Assembly: GCA_002269645.1 (NCBI GenBank)
Contig: NIVC01005001.1
Coordinates: forward strand, 1-28,819
Length of the DNA: 28,819 bases
DNA from: Macrostomum lignano
Lineage: Eukaryota
Direction of reading: 5' to 3'
Part shown: positions 15,265-25,881 of the stretch, piece after piece
How positions within the stretch are numbered: position 1 is the stretch's first letter
Layout of the letters: each line of letters opens with the position of its first letter
Translations under genes and position numbers: made by a program
Notes under the pieces: generated by a model
Database searches by the model: none
Told to the model about the DNA's origin: nothing
Seen by the model: only the letters and a program-made list of their open reading frames with translations

Positions 15265-16850
15265 TTCTTAGAAATCTTGGACAATTCTTAGAATTAGGAA
15301 TGATTCTCAGAATTAAGGATTGTTCTTAGAATTAGGGATGGTTCTTAGAATTAGGGATGGTTCTTAGAGTTAGGGATGGTTCTTAGAATTAGGGATGCTT
15401 CTTAGAATTAGGGATGCTTCTTAGAATTAGGGATGGTTCTTAGAATTAGGGATGCTTCTTAGAATTAGGGATGGTTCTTAGAATTAGGGATGGTTCTTAG
15501 AATTAGGGATGCTTCTTAGAATTAGGGATGCTTCTTAGAATTAGGGATGGTTCTTAGAATTAGGGATGCTTCTTAGAATTAGGGATGGTTCTTAGAATTA
15601 GGGATGGTTCTTAGAATTAGGGATGATTCTTAGAATTAGGGGATGATTCTTAGAATTAGGGATGCTTCTTAGAATTAGGGGATGATTATTAGAATTAAGG
15701 ATGCTTCTTAGAATTAGGGATACTTCTTAGAATTAGGGATGCTTCTTTGAATTAGGGGTGATTTTTAGAATAAGGGATTATTCTTAGAATTAGGGATGCT
15801 TCTTAGAATTAGGGATGCTTCTTTGAATTAGGGGTGATTTTTAGAATAAGGGATTATTCTTAGAATTAGGGATGCTTCTTAGAATTAGGGATGGTTCTTA
15901 GAATTAGGGATGGTTCTTAGAATTAGGGATGATTCTTAGAATTAGGGGATGATTCTTAGAATTAGGGATGCTTCTTAGAATTAGGGGATGATTATTAGAA
16001 TTAAGGATGCTTCTTAGAATTAGGGATACTTCTTAGAATTAGGGATGCTTCTTTGAATTAGGGGTGATTTTTAGAATAAGGGATTATTCTTAGAATTAGG
16101 CGATGATTCTTAGATTAGGGATGCTTCTTAGAATTAGGGATGGTTCTTAGAATTAGGGATGATTCTTAGAATTAGGGATGCTTCTTTGAATTAGGGGTGA
16201 TTTTTAGAATAAGGGATTATTCTTAGAATTAGGCGATGATTCTTAGAATTAGGGGATGATTATTAGAATTAGGGATGGTTCTTAGAATTAGGGATGATTC
16301 TTAGAATTAGGGATGCTTCTTTGAATTAGGGGTGATTTTTAGAATAAGGGATTATTCTTAGAATTAGGCGATGATTCTTAGAATTAGGGATGATTCTTAG
16401 AACCAGAAATGATTCTTAGAATTAGGGATGATTCTTAGAATTAGGGATGCTTCTTTGAATTAGGGGTGATTTTTAGAATAAGGGATTATTCTTAGAATTA
16501 GGCGATGATTCTTAGAATTAGGGGATGATTATTAGAATTAGGGATGGTTCTTAGAATTAGGGATGATTCTTAGAATTAGGGATGCTTCTTTGAATTAGGG
16601 GTGATTTTTAGAATAAGGGATTATTCTTAGAATTAGGCGATGATTCTTAGAATTAGGGATGATTCTTAGAACCAGAAATGATTCTTAGAATTAGGGATGA
16701 TTCTTAGAATTAGGGATGATTCTTAGAATTAGAATTAGGGATGATTCTTAGAATTAAGGATGGTTCTTAAAATTAGGGACGGTTCTTAAAATTAGGGACG
16801 GTTCTTAAAATTAGGGGCGTTTTTTAGAATCAGGGAAAATTCTTAAAGTA
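15265..16850. repeat. 19-bp satellite TTCTTAGAATTAGGGATG(G/C/A), ~80 units, with higher-order structure
   Basis: Period 19 read directly. Most units carry TTAGGG and TTCTTAGAA. A diagnostic variant block (GCTTCTTTGAATTAGGGGTGATTTTTAGAATAAGGGATTA) recurs about seven times. Confidence 0.98.
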
Positions 16851-17177
16851 GGTTATAATTATTTTACACACCTAAGTTCTAAAGATCTTTAGTACACACT
16901 CTGGGAGTCTGGGACTTAAAAATATCTTCAGACTTCAGAGATCCAAAACACAAATATTTCAAGAAATCTTTGATTCAAGATGTTTCTTAGAAATCTCTAG
17001 ATACTGATGATTCTAAGAAAGATTTCTAGTTAGTTTGAAGAAAAGTTATCTGCTCTCAAAACTAGCTATAGAACACAACATACATTAAGCGGTTGAAACC
17101 GTTCTGGATAATAAAAGATTAAACGATTAAACGATCAAAAAAACTATCCAAGTGTCTTCAGACCAAGGCCGGTCTCT

Positions 17178-17447
17178 TCAGCGCTTCTCCTCCAGTCTCC
17201 GCAGCCCAGGCTCATTCTCACGAGAGAAGCAGAACTTCGTGGACAGAACCGGCTGCTGCTCGGCGGTGCCAACTGGGATTTGATCTTTGCCGCCGCTTAC
17301 AGTTTTGCTGGATTCGCCAAGCGTTGGCAGTTCGGTGGCTGCCTGCTGGAATGGGGGGGGAGTTTTGAAACACTTTTTCATTCTGTAACACAGGAAGGCG
17401 CCTGCTTGTGGCGAATGACTGCCCAGATTTGAGTTGATGGCATGCAG
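17178..17447 (-). CDS. unk: Unkempt predicted terminal exon (LHAINSNLGSHSPQAGAFLCYRMKKCFKTPPP...EEKR*)
   Basis: Acceptor TTCACAG; 270 nt in phase 0, the same frame as ORF 17178..17381. No RING motif. Confidence 0.65.
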   Translation of the reverse strand: MHAINSNLGSHSPQAGAFLCYRMKKCFKTPPPFQQAATELPTLGESSKTVSGGKDQIPVGTAEQQPVLSTKFCFSRENEPGLRRLEEKR

Positions 17448-20400
17448 CTGTGAATTCTGTCTTCTTTCCGCTGCCCACCTTTGGCTCTTCCTGTCTGTCC
17501 CTGCATCACTTTCTCATCTCTCCCATCATTCCCTATCCATTCCCCTCTCCCTCTATCTCTCCCCTCCATCTTTACCTTCATCTCTCCCCTCCATCTTTAC
17601 CTTCATCTCTCCCTTCATCTCTCCGCTCCATCTTTACATTCATCTCTCCCCTTAATCTCTCCCTTCATCTCTCCGCTCCATCTTTACATTCATCTCTCCC
17701 CTTCATCTCTCCCTTCATCTCTCCGCTCCATCTTTACATTCATCTCTCCCCTTAATCTCTCCCTTCATCTCTCCGCTCCATCTTTACATTCATCTCTCCC
17801 CTTCATCTCTCCCTTCATCTCTCCGCTCCATCTTTACATTCATCTCTCCCCTTCATCTCTCCCTTCATCTCTACGCTCCATCTTTACATTCATCTCTCCC
17901 CTTCATCTCTCCCTTCATCTCTCCGCTCCATCTTTACATTCATCTCTCCCCTTCATCTCTCCCTTCATCTCTCCGCTCCATCTTTACATTCATCTCTCCC
18001 TCTATCTCTCCCTCCATCTCTCCCCTCCATCTTCACCTTCATCTCTCCCTACATCTCTCATCCAGCTCTCTCCCTCTCTCCTTCTCTCCATCGCTCCCTT
18101 CCTCCCTCCTATTTACTCTCCTCTCTCTTCCCATTACCCTCCTCAGTCTCCCGTAAACGGCGGCTCAGGTGTACGCAAAGCAGGGCCAAGTGCCAAGCAA
18201 CCAACCTCCAGCTGCAGCAGCGCTTGCAGACTGCTTCTAAAAGCGTCCCACTGTTCAATAGCGGCAGCCCGGCCGCCGTCAACACCTTCGCTAGCTTCGC
18301 TATTCATCGTCTCAGCAATCAGGGCGGCCTCTTTAACGCCGGCGCATAGGCGCCTTAATTCTGCTTCGGCGCTGGCGCGCTCTCGATTGGCGCGCTGAGC
18401 CGCCTCTTTGGCGCGCTGAGCCTCCTCATTGGCGCGCTCAATTTCGCATTCGTAGCGCAGTCGCTCTAATTCTAAGCCGGCATTTGAGAACGGACTCTCC
18501 GACATTAGTATTGGGCTCTGAGCGTAGTTGCAGCCGCCGCCGGCTTCGCTGTTGCTTGTCTGACGACGACGGGATACCGGCAGCTGCTGATGCGGCTGCT
18601 GCCTGCCGCTGGCGCTGCCCGCGCGGTGTCTGGCCTCGGTCTGAAGAGTTTCAAGATTGTTCCAAAATTTAATTGTTTTCCGATAAAAAGGGTGGTAAAA
18701 CGCGTCGATTTTTTCTACCCTACTTATAGTAGGTTTTCTTTTTTTTCAGACACGTAACCTAAATCAGATTATCACCTCAAATAACGACTGCAAGGACGGA
18801 GATTCTTCCTGTTGCTGCTGCTGCCCGCCGCCAGGCAGCCCAGTCTGCACAGTCAGCGGACTGCAGGCGCTGACCGCGGCAGCCGACGAGCTGTCCTGCG
18901 ACAGATCGAATTCGCCAAAATCTGGCAGCAAAGCTGACGTAGCGGCCGCTGCTGCTGCGGCGGCGGCGGCTGCTGTGGTGCTGGATTCGTCGGCAAAATT
19001 GACGGCAGTTGATGGACTGTCGCAGTGGCGCCAACTGCCCAGGCCTGACTCGAGCGATGTCGAACTCAAACCGCTGGTTGTGCGGCCTGAAATGCGAATT
19101 TGTTTAATGAATTTAATGAATTATCAATTTCTGCTTTAAGGTTATGAATTATCGATTTGTGCTTTTAGGTCCTGAATTATCGATTTTTATTTCAAGGTCA
19201 TTATATATCGAATTTTACTTTAAGGTCATGAGTTATCGATTTGTGCTTTAAGGCCATGCATTATCGATTTGTGCTTCAAGGTAATGAATTATCGATTTTT
19301 ACTTAAAATCTATCGATTTCTACGAAACAATAATGAACTATCAATTTTTATTGGGGTAATCAAAGGTAGACATTAAATAGAAATATCGATTTATTAAATA
19401 ACAAACGAAAAGTCAATAATCAATTCAAGTTCGAGATGAACTTACCTTTAATAGCGGTAGTAATAGATCTCTCCCAGACAGTCGGCGAAACCAACTGGCC
19501 CATAGTTATTGGATTAATAACTGGGGAAGATTGCTGCTGCTGCTGGTGCTGCATGGCAACGGCCGAGAGCAGGCCTTGGAGTTCGATGTCCTGCATAAAA
19601 TTGCGACCAAAATTCATTTCGGCCTCGTCGTGAGCGAAAGCGCAGAACGGGCCCCTGGGGCAGTAGTGCTGCTGCATAATGTCGTTGCACTTGGTGGATT
19701 TGTAGATCTACAATGAGAAACAGCATGGGGACACTTGTATTTTGGCTAATACGCAAACGCGCCCCCAATAAATAAATGCGAATGGAAAGGTTAACACGTG
19801 TCTCATTGCTTTTAAGTTTTCTGTTTTAAAACAGGCAAACAACTACTTAAAAGCAGCATCGGCCATCGGACAGGCACGCGCGCCCGCCCTGGCTTCCTTG
19901 TAAGAAAATAAACATCAGCAGATTGGAACTGACTACTTTAGGAATCTTTTTTTTCAGTAGGTTATATGGGGCATAGAAAGTAATAATGTAGTTACAATAA
20001 TAAGGCCCTGGCCTGGTGTACGCGGTCCAATTTGAGGGCGAAGAAGGGCATCATGGGACATTGGGAGGCATCGGTACAAAGCGTAGCACGTGATTCGCGC
20101 TCACATGGTTTTGGCTTCGCGGAGGGGGGGGGCTTGGGTCGTGGAAAATGAACAGCGGTTCAAAGTGCGTGCAAGTTCTATTTATAGAAACACAAGTGGC
20201 AAGGTCGCCACCGCTGATTGGTTGAGGGCTGCCCAAGTACTAAAAAGCCGCGGAAAATTCCTATTTTTCTCTCGTGATTCCATCTTGCTTTTCATTCCTA
20301 AGGAAAATTGGGTGCAACGAGAGGACAAATTTGAGAAACGAGGAGTAGGCGTAAAAATGGGAAGGAAGAAAAATGACGTTGTTTGGGAATAAGGGCAACG

Positions 20401-23400
20401 GGGAAATCTTCCACGCAGGAACACCGGCAGGCCAATAGGGAACGGCTTTTTGAGCTGGTTTTCATTCTAATCCGGTTAGAGGGGGGGGGGTTGGTGCTGG
20501 TAATTCTGGCTCTTCCCTTAAAGTGTGGCACGCCCCTCCTTTACCCCCGCCCCCCCCCAAAGCCTTAACGTTGAAAACAAGGAGAGGAGGGGTGGGTGTC
20601 GCGTGAAGGTCACTAGAAGAGAGTTCAAACCGAGTGCGTCAGCCGAAGACCGAGAATTGGGACGTTAAGGCTCGACGCCCCAACTCGACCGCCCCCCCCA
20701 GCACTCTTCGCCCCTTTGAACTTGAAGCCCAAGCCCGTACACACACACAAGCTCTGTGGCAGTCAGAAGCCTAAAAGGAATTACGGAAAGAGGAAAAGCT
20801 TAGTGCCTTTTTATATCATGTGACCGTACGAGTGTGAACTGTGAAATGAAAAAATAGTTCTGTCCTTTCTATCTTTTCTTCAGTTTTAAGTTAACGAAGA
20901 ACTTATTTGGTATCTCTACGTTGTCCATAGTCGAGTCAATCAATGTTTTCTATTTATTAATACTGTTTTTGTTGTTGCACACTAGCTAGGCTTATTTATA
21001 AATAGGCAGTCACAGCGGAGCACGTGTACACACACCCTCACACACACACCGTTTCTAAGAGCACAGGAAATAGAAACACAAAAATAAGTGCGTGAAAAAA
21101 ACAAAATAAGATAGTTTGAAAATAGCACACTGTAATGTCCACTTTTGAAAAGTTTCATTGCAAAATTAACCAGAAGAGAGCAACTATCAGGTGGTGCTCG
21201 CTTTAATATTTTTATCTGTTTATCAGTAGTCTAATCCAGGCCTCAAGCAAAACTATCAGTACTTACTGATTCAAAACATTTTTGCAGATTTTTATTCGTG
21301 ATCTACATACATTGCTGACCCCGCAAAGACATCTGAGGATTTTTATCCCCTTTGACTTCTCAAAGAAGGGTTCGCCCCTGATCCCTGATCAGCTCCCCAA
21401 ACAAGGATTTTGCCCCCACTTGTGACCCCCCCCACAAACAAGGATTTTGTCCTCACTCGTGACCCCCCAGCAAGGATTTTGTCCCCACTTGTGACCCCCC
21501 AGCAAGGATTTTGTCCCCACTTGTGACCCCCCGCAAGGATTTCGTCCCTAGATGTGATCATGTGACCCCCAAACAAGAATTTTGTCCCCACTTGTGACCC
21601 CCCCCAACAGGTAATTTTACCCACTTGTGACACCCCCAACAAGAATTTGTCCCCACTTGTGACCCTCACACAAGGCTTTTGTCCCTAGATGTGACCCCCC
21701 AAACAAGTATGTTATCCCCACTTGTGACCCTCACACAAGGCTTTTGTCCCCAGATGTGACCCCCCCCCAAACAAGTATGTTATCCCCACTTGTGACCCTC
21801 ACACAAGGCTTTTGTCCCCAGATGTGACCCCCCCCCAAACAAGTATGTTATCCTTGTGACCCTTGAAAAATTATTTTGCTTCCCCTACTGAACCTTAAGT
21901 GACTCCCAAAGGACTTTGCCCTCCCCCATGCAGAGCTTCCCAAAAGAAATTGTTGACCAACCCAATCAAAGCTGCACAATAACTGACTCACTCACCTCAG
22001 GGTGGAACTGCTGCTCAGTCCTGGTGTGACAGAACTGGCACTCCTCGCCAGCCTCGCAAATGCTGCTATCCGACCATTCGTCCGAGGATTTCACAGTCGG
22101 ACAGGGGGTCGATCTGTTGATTATAAGTTTAGAAAATTCAAGTATAAGTGTAATTATAATATTAGGGGGTCAATGTGTACTATAATAAATTTACAATCAT
22201 ATTTCACACCAATCTGGTTTGTGTACTTCGGACCCTGCCCTTCTTTCAGGCCTGTGTGCATTCTATTGCAACTCAATTTTTCTTCCAACTCCGCCCAGCG
22301 GACAGCCGCATGTAGGGATAAGAAGTACACGTGCACTAGAGCGAAAATTTAGTGCAGGCGTACTTTTTTAAGCAGCAGCCTATAGGAGATAGCTACAGCC
22401 TACAGCAACTTCAAATTGCAGACTGTGCTGCTAACTGGGCGCCGAGCAACCCCCTCACCCCCCCCCCCTAAGCTTGGCTAAATAGTGCAAACAGACTATG
22501 TAACAATAATACAATGTAGGCAAGTTAAATAACGTTTTGATTAGTTTATTCTAACTCCAGTCATTCCTGCAATTAAAAGAATTGTCAGACTAATATCATA
22601 TTTATTATTCCATGAGAAATTTACGACTATGTGAGAATTCAATACACAAGTACAATTAGTACACTATGCACTTGTCGGATTTAGAACGATTCAACAACAG
22701 GGCAAGAAAAGTTTTTCAATACTTTGTGTATGTCAGCTGTTTCTGTCTGGCCCAGCATAGTTCGCCTACACCTTTAACTTAGCTAAATAAAACTAAAACT
22801 GAAAAAAATTGGAAAGTGCTTATGAAAGCAGAAATACGAGCTTTAATTTCCGATAATGGTAGTTCTGCCCGTAGTTGTCTCAAATTGGTTGTGGATCCAG
22901 GATTTTTCTTGTGGAAAAGATGTTCATTTCTATTTCTATTTATGGGCAAAATGCATTGCAGAAAACAGGACGGCAGTCAAATTTCGGCGGGCAATTCTCA
23001 TGGATGTGTTTTTAAATCTCAATATTTACCAAGTATTAAATGAAGCATATTCTAAAAGGCCATATTGAACTTGGACAACGATTTGTTTTCGATGCGCAAA
23101 CTTGTCTAAAAACAGTTTTGTACTTTTTAATTGTACTTTTTTAGATCGCGTACAAGTCGAAATCCAACCAGAACACCAAGTGAAAAATAAGGCTATGGGT
23201 TCACTGTACATGCACAAGTGAACACGCGGATAGCTTAACCTGTTGTTGCTAAAAATAGAGCAAGTTCTCGTGCACACCGACAACACCGTTTAAAAATGCA
23301 TGCGGGGCCGGGAGGGGTTGGGGGGACGGGGTGAAGGAGAGGAAAGTTTTACAAGCCTCCACGCCAAAACACCCCCCCCCCCGGCCTTTTAGCTCCAACT

Positions 23401-23866
23401 TACACACACAAGCACAACAACACTTTAACCAACCGGAAATCTGGCAGTTTGGGCTAGGCGGATTTTTGCACTTAGGCCTGCTAAATTTAGCGCGTGACTA
23501 ATGTAAGCAATAACATGTTAAGGAAACTATTGCAAACGATTCCATTACGTTTACTGACTATCGCAGGGGAGGGAGGGACGAGAGGCAGAAGGATCGGTCG
23601 AAGGACAACAAGTGCATTTTAAGGAAGTTTGCGCGTCGTCTAGTGTATTGGGTGTGGTGTGGTGGCTCCCAGTCCCAAGCCTCATTCATCCATTCTCTTC
23701 CAAATACACTAATTCCCAATAAACCGCGCCCACGATTTATGGGGATTTTAGTGGTTATGGTTAATAACAAAATTCAAAGCCCATCTCACGATGTGCGCAC
23801 TCAACGAACTGTGTAATTTAGACTATGCCCCAAACCCAACGTCCGACGTCCGTTTGTTGCTAGCAA

Positions 23867-23900
<34 letters not shown>

Positions 23901-25881
23901 TGTTGCAAGTTTAATAAGAAAGTATTAATCTAAATATACTTTATGTTTTAAACTCTAAATAAAGCCAACGTAGGCGACTTAGCGAGGAAAAACGGGGCTA
24001 AAAATAGAATTTACCGAATAAAACCCTTCAACAAGGTACAAAAAACGACATGTACGTTTTTAAAGGTTTCATATATGCACAGCATAACTAACAAATATGA
24101 AATATACCAATAAGTTAACACACCCAACAAAAATAAATTTATATACAACTTTATAACATCCTCGTCGTAGACTTTGGAGATAATAAGCAATTAATGAGAA
24201 AATGCTGATGACTCACCGATACTTGAACCGGTGCGGTTGACGCCTCTTATCCTTGGCGTTGTGATAGAACGGACAGGCGTAACCCTGTCTGCACATCCTT
24301 GGCGGCTTCCTGCAGGGCTCAGTCTTGTAATTAGCCAACACGTAACCCATATCGTTCCATTTAGGATCTTCGGACAGGACTCGTTCCTTCTCTAGACTGG
24401 CCGGCAGGTTCACCGGACAGTCGCTAGCCTCTTGCACTTCGCGAATGTCATAGACTGGCACACGCAGATCAGTGGCGCCATGAGCAAAGGCGCAGTGTGT
24501 ACCGTTGCGCGAGCACTGGCCCCTTGTGTCCGTGTCGTGAATGCAGGTGCCAGTTTTGAAATAGCGCAAATGGTAGCGGCGCTCCGTGTCGCCAGCATTG
24601 CGATGCAGGTAGGACAGGCATCTCCATTTGGGCATTCGCCGCGGGTCTCGTCATATTTATCGCAGTACACATCTGGCGAATATGAGAACGTGCCATCTGG
24701 CTTGCGAAGTGGCCGCCTTCGCCGCTGATTTGGGAAATGCCAGTGAAAGCAGGTGAATGGTTTGTGCTGCGAGCATTTGTGATTTGCAAACAGCGGGCAC
24801 TGCTGAGTGCGGAAGTCGCGCAGGTAACTAAAATCAATGGGAAATTTGTAGGATAGATTTTATAGAGCAAACTTGCATTCTACTAGACTAATGCATTGGA
24901 AAGTAAAAACACTTTGGATATCATTTGTATCCATGAATAGAAAAATGCAAAAGCCTGTCTATGCCATTATTGGCTTTAAAAGAAACCTTATTTTAGGACT
25001 AATATTCCAAGGCTTTTGTAAAACATGTGTGTATGCTTACAAATATGAGATACAAAGCTAACCTAAAATTAAAAAGGTATATGCTTGTCTTATTTGACTG
25101 AATAAAAAGTTCTAGGTTTATTTTTTGTACAATAGGATGTTATAGCAAACTGATTTTCCAAATTGCATCTTCTTGAAATTGGAACTTGGATACAATTCCA
25201 CAACTTAGTGACTTAGTGTCATTTAGTGTCTAGAACCAGAATTAGTTCAAAGCTTTTTAAATTGTCTGTTCCATTTTCAGAATCAGTTCCAGACAGAACC
25301 ATGATCCAATTCTAGAATTTGGTTTGAGAAATTTTCTCAATCCATTGTCATGTTTACATTTCATTAGTAAATTACATTTTAAATTGTGAATTTTTTTATT
25401 ATTGATTTATTAGTATTCTCTTGTTCTTACATTAATTAAAAACAAAAGTACCCATTAGCCCTATACTCCCCTACATCATTAAACTAAAAAATTGATTTTG
25501 CTATTCTTATATTCTTTCACAAGTTTCATTTTTTACTAAATAGAAGGAATTTTGTATTGTATAGTTGTTCAACATATAAATTTTAGTTTTAATTTAAAAA
25601 AAAATAGTCGAGTTATGTACTTGTATTAGTGTATATGTGTAATAGATTCATAGTATTAGTAAGTAAGCATAAAGTACTCACGTCAGATGCTGAGGCTTCA
25701 CGTACACTTGGGGCATTCCAATCCCTTGAGGAGCAAGGTCGAGCTCCACTGGCAGAGCAACTCCTTGCAATGATTGTGTCACAGTGTTCATCACTGGAGA
25801 CAATCTAGCTATATTTGTGTTGATTATTAAGCTTGTAAGACTAGACACAGGAGTCTGAGGAACCGGTGAAACAGATGACAT
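17178..25881 (-). CDS. unk: Unkempt-family tandem CCCH zinc-finger RNA-binding protein (~735 aa), 7 coding exons: 25881-25682, 24827-24217, 22113-21996, 19707-19446, 19086-18776, 18640-18206, 17447-17178
   Basis: The spliced product KPQHLTYLRDFRTQQCPLF..HKCSQHKPFTCFHWHF.NQRRRRP..DGTFSYSPDVYC..GDTERRYHLRYFKT..CRQGYACPFYHN.KDKRR..YRSTPCP.VK..EW..CHTRTEQQFHPEIYKSTKCND..CPRGPFCAFAH matches my recall of the six CCCH fingers of UNK/UNKL. All junctions are GT-AG with compatible phases. One 1-nt deletion at ~24612-24613. Confidence 0.93.
17505..18130. repeat. pyrimidine-rich 50-bp minisatellite in the last Unkempt intron
   Basis: Unit CTTCATCTCTCCCTTCATCTCTCCGCTCCATCTTTACATTCATCTCTCCC repeats with period 50 over ~17590-18000, with decayed CT-rich flanks. 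Confidence 0.95.
18206..18640 (-). CDS. unk: Unkempt coiled-coil exon
   Basis: LELERLRYECEIERANEEAQRAKEAAQRANRERASAEAE ... LQALLQLE. Acceptor CTCTTCAG, donor GAG|GTTGGT. Confidence 0.8.
18776..19086 (-). CDS. unk: Unkempt low-complexity (Ser/Ala/Gln) exon
   Basis: Acceptor CATTTCAG, donor GAG|GTGATA; the frame matches ORF 18764..19069. Confidence 0.75.
19115..19345. repeat. ~28-bp degenerate minisatellite (AAGGT.ATGAATTATCGATTTGTGCTTT), ~7-8 copies, intronic
   Basis: TTATCGATTT core recurring at ~28-nt spacing. Confidence 0.85.
19446..19707 (-). CDS. unk: Unkempt exon containing CCCH finger 6
   Basis: IYKSTKCNDIMQQHYCPRGPFCAFAH. Acceptor CATTGTAG, donor G|GTAAGT. Confidence 0.92.
21395..21860. 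repeat. ~33-37-bp minisatellite (TTGTCCCCACTTGTGACCCCCC..CAAGGATT), becoming a dimeric ~70-bp unit distally
   Basis: GTGACCC core repeated ~14 times. The block ..TCACACAAGGCTTTTGTCCC.AGATGTGACCCCCC.AAACAAGTATGTTATCC recurs three times at 21660-21855. Confidence 0.93.
21996..22113 (-). CDS. unk: Unkempt exon containing CCCH finger 5
   Basis: STPCPTVKSSDEWSDSSICEAGEECQFCHTRTEQQFHPE. Acceptor TCAACAG, donor GAG|GTGAGT. Not in the ORF track. Confidence 0.93.
23867..23900. repeat. (AAT)n microsatellite, ~11 units
   Basis: Direct reading. Confidence 0.95.
24217..24827 (-). CDS. unk: Unkempt exon containing CCCH fingers 1-4
   Basis: YLRDFRTQQCPLF...GDACP[+1]YLHRNAGDTERRYHLRYFKTGTC...HCAFAHG...YKTEPCRKPPRMCRQGYACPFYHNAKDKRR. 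Acceptor TTTTAG, donor CG|GTGAGT. Confidence 0.95.
25682..25881 (-). CDS. unk: Unkempt first coding exon (MSSVSPVPQ...KPQHLT)
   Basis: KPQHLT joins YLRDF, as in UNK KPQHYTYLKEF. Donor AC|GTGAGT. A possible acceptor TTTTCAAG at 25891-25898 implies an upstream UTR exon. Confidence 0.85.

Noticed and set aside
11909-16850. CRISPR-like arrays
   Set aside because: Head-to-tail units with no unique spacers, no cas genes and a eukaryotic context.
15265-16850. True telomere or chromosome end
   Set aside because: TTAGGG is embedded in a 19-bp unit rather than forming (TTAGGG)n, and unique sequence and genes lie on both sides.
17450-18398. 305-aa and 101-aa plus-strand Ser/Pro/Leu/His ORFs
   Set aside because: Translation of the 50-bp CT repeat plus the antisense of an Unkempt exon.
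20561-20672. 11-bp inverted repeat AGCCTTAACGT / ACGTTAAGGCT, ~90 bp apart
   Set aside because: Too short, with no target-site duplication or second copy in the window to call it an element.
21343-21669. 108-aa minus ORF (GGHK/VTSGDK repeats)
   Set aside because: Frame of the ~35-bp intronic minisatellite.
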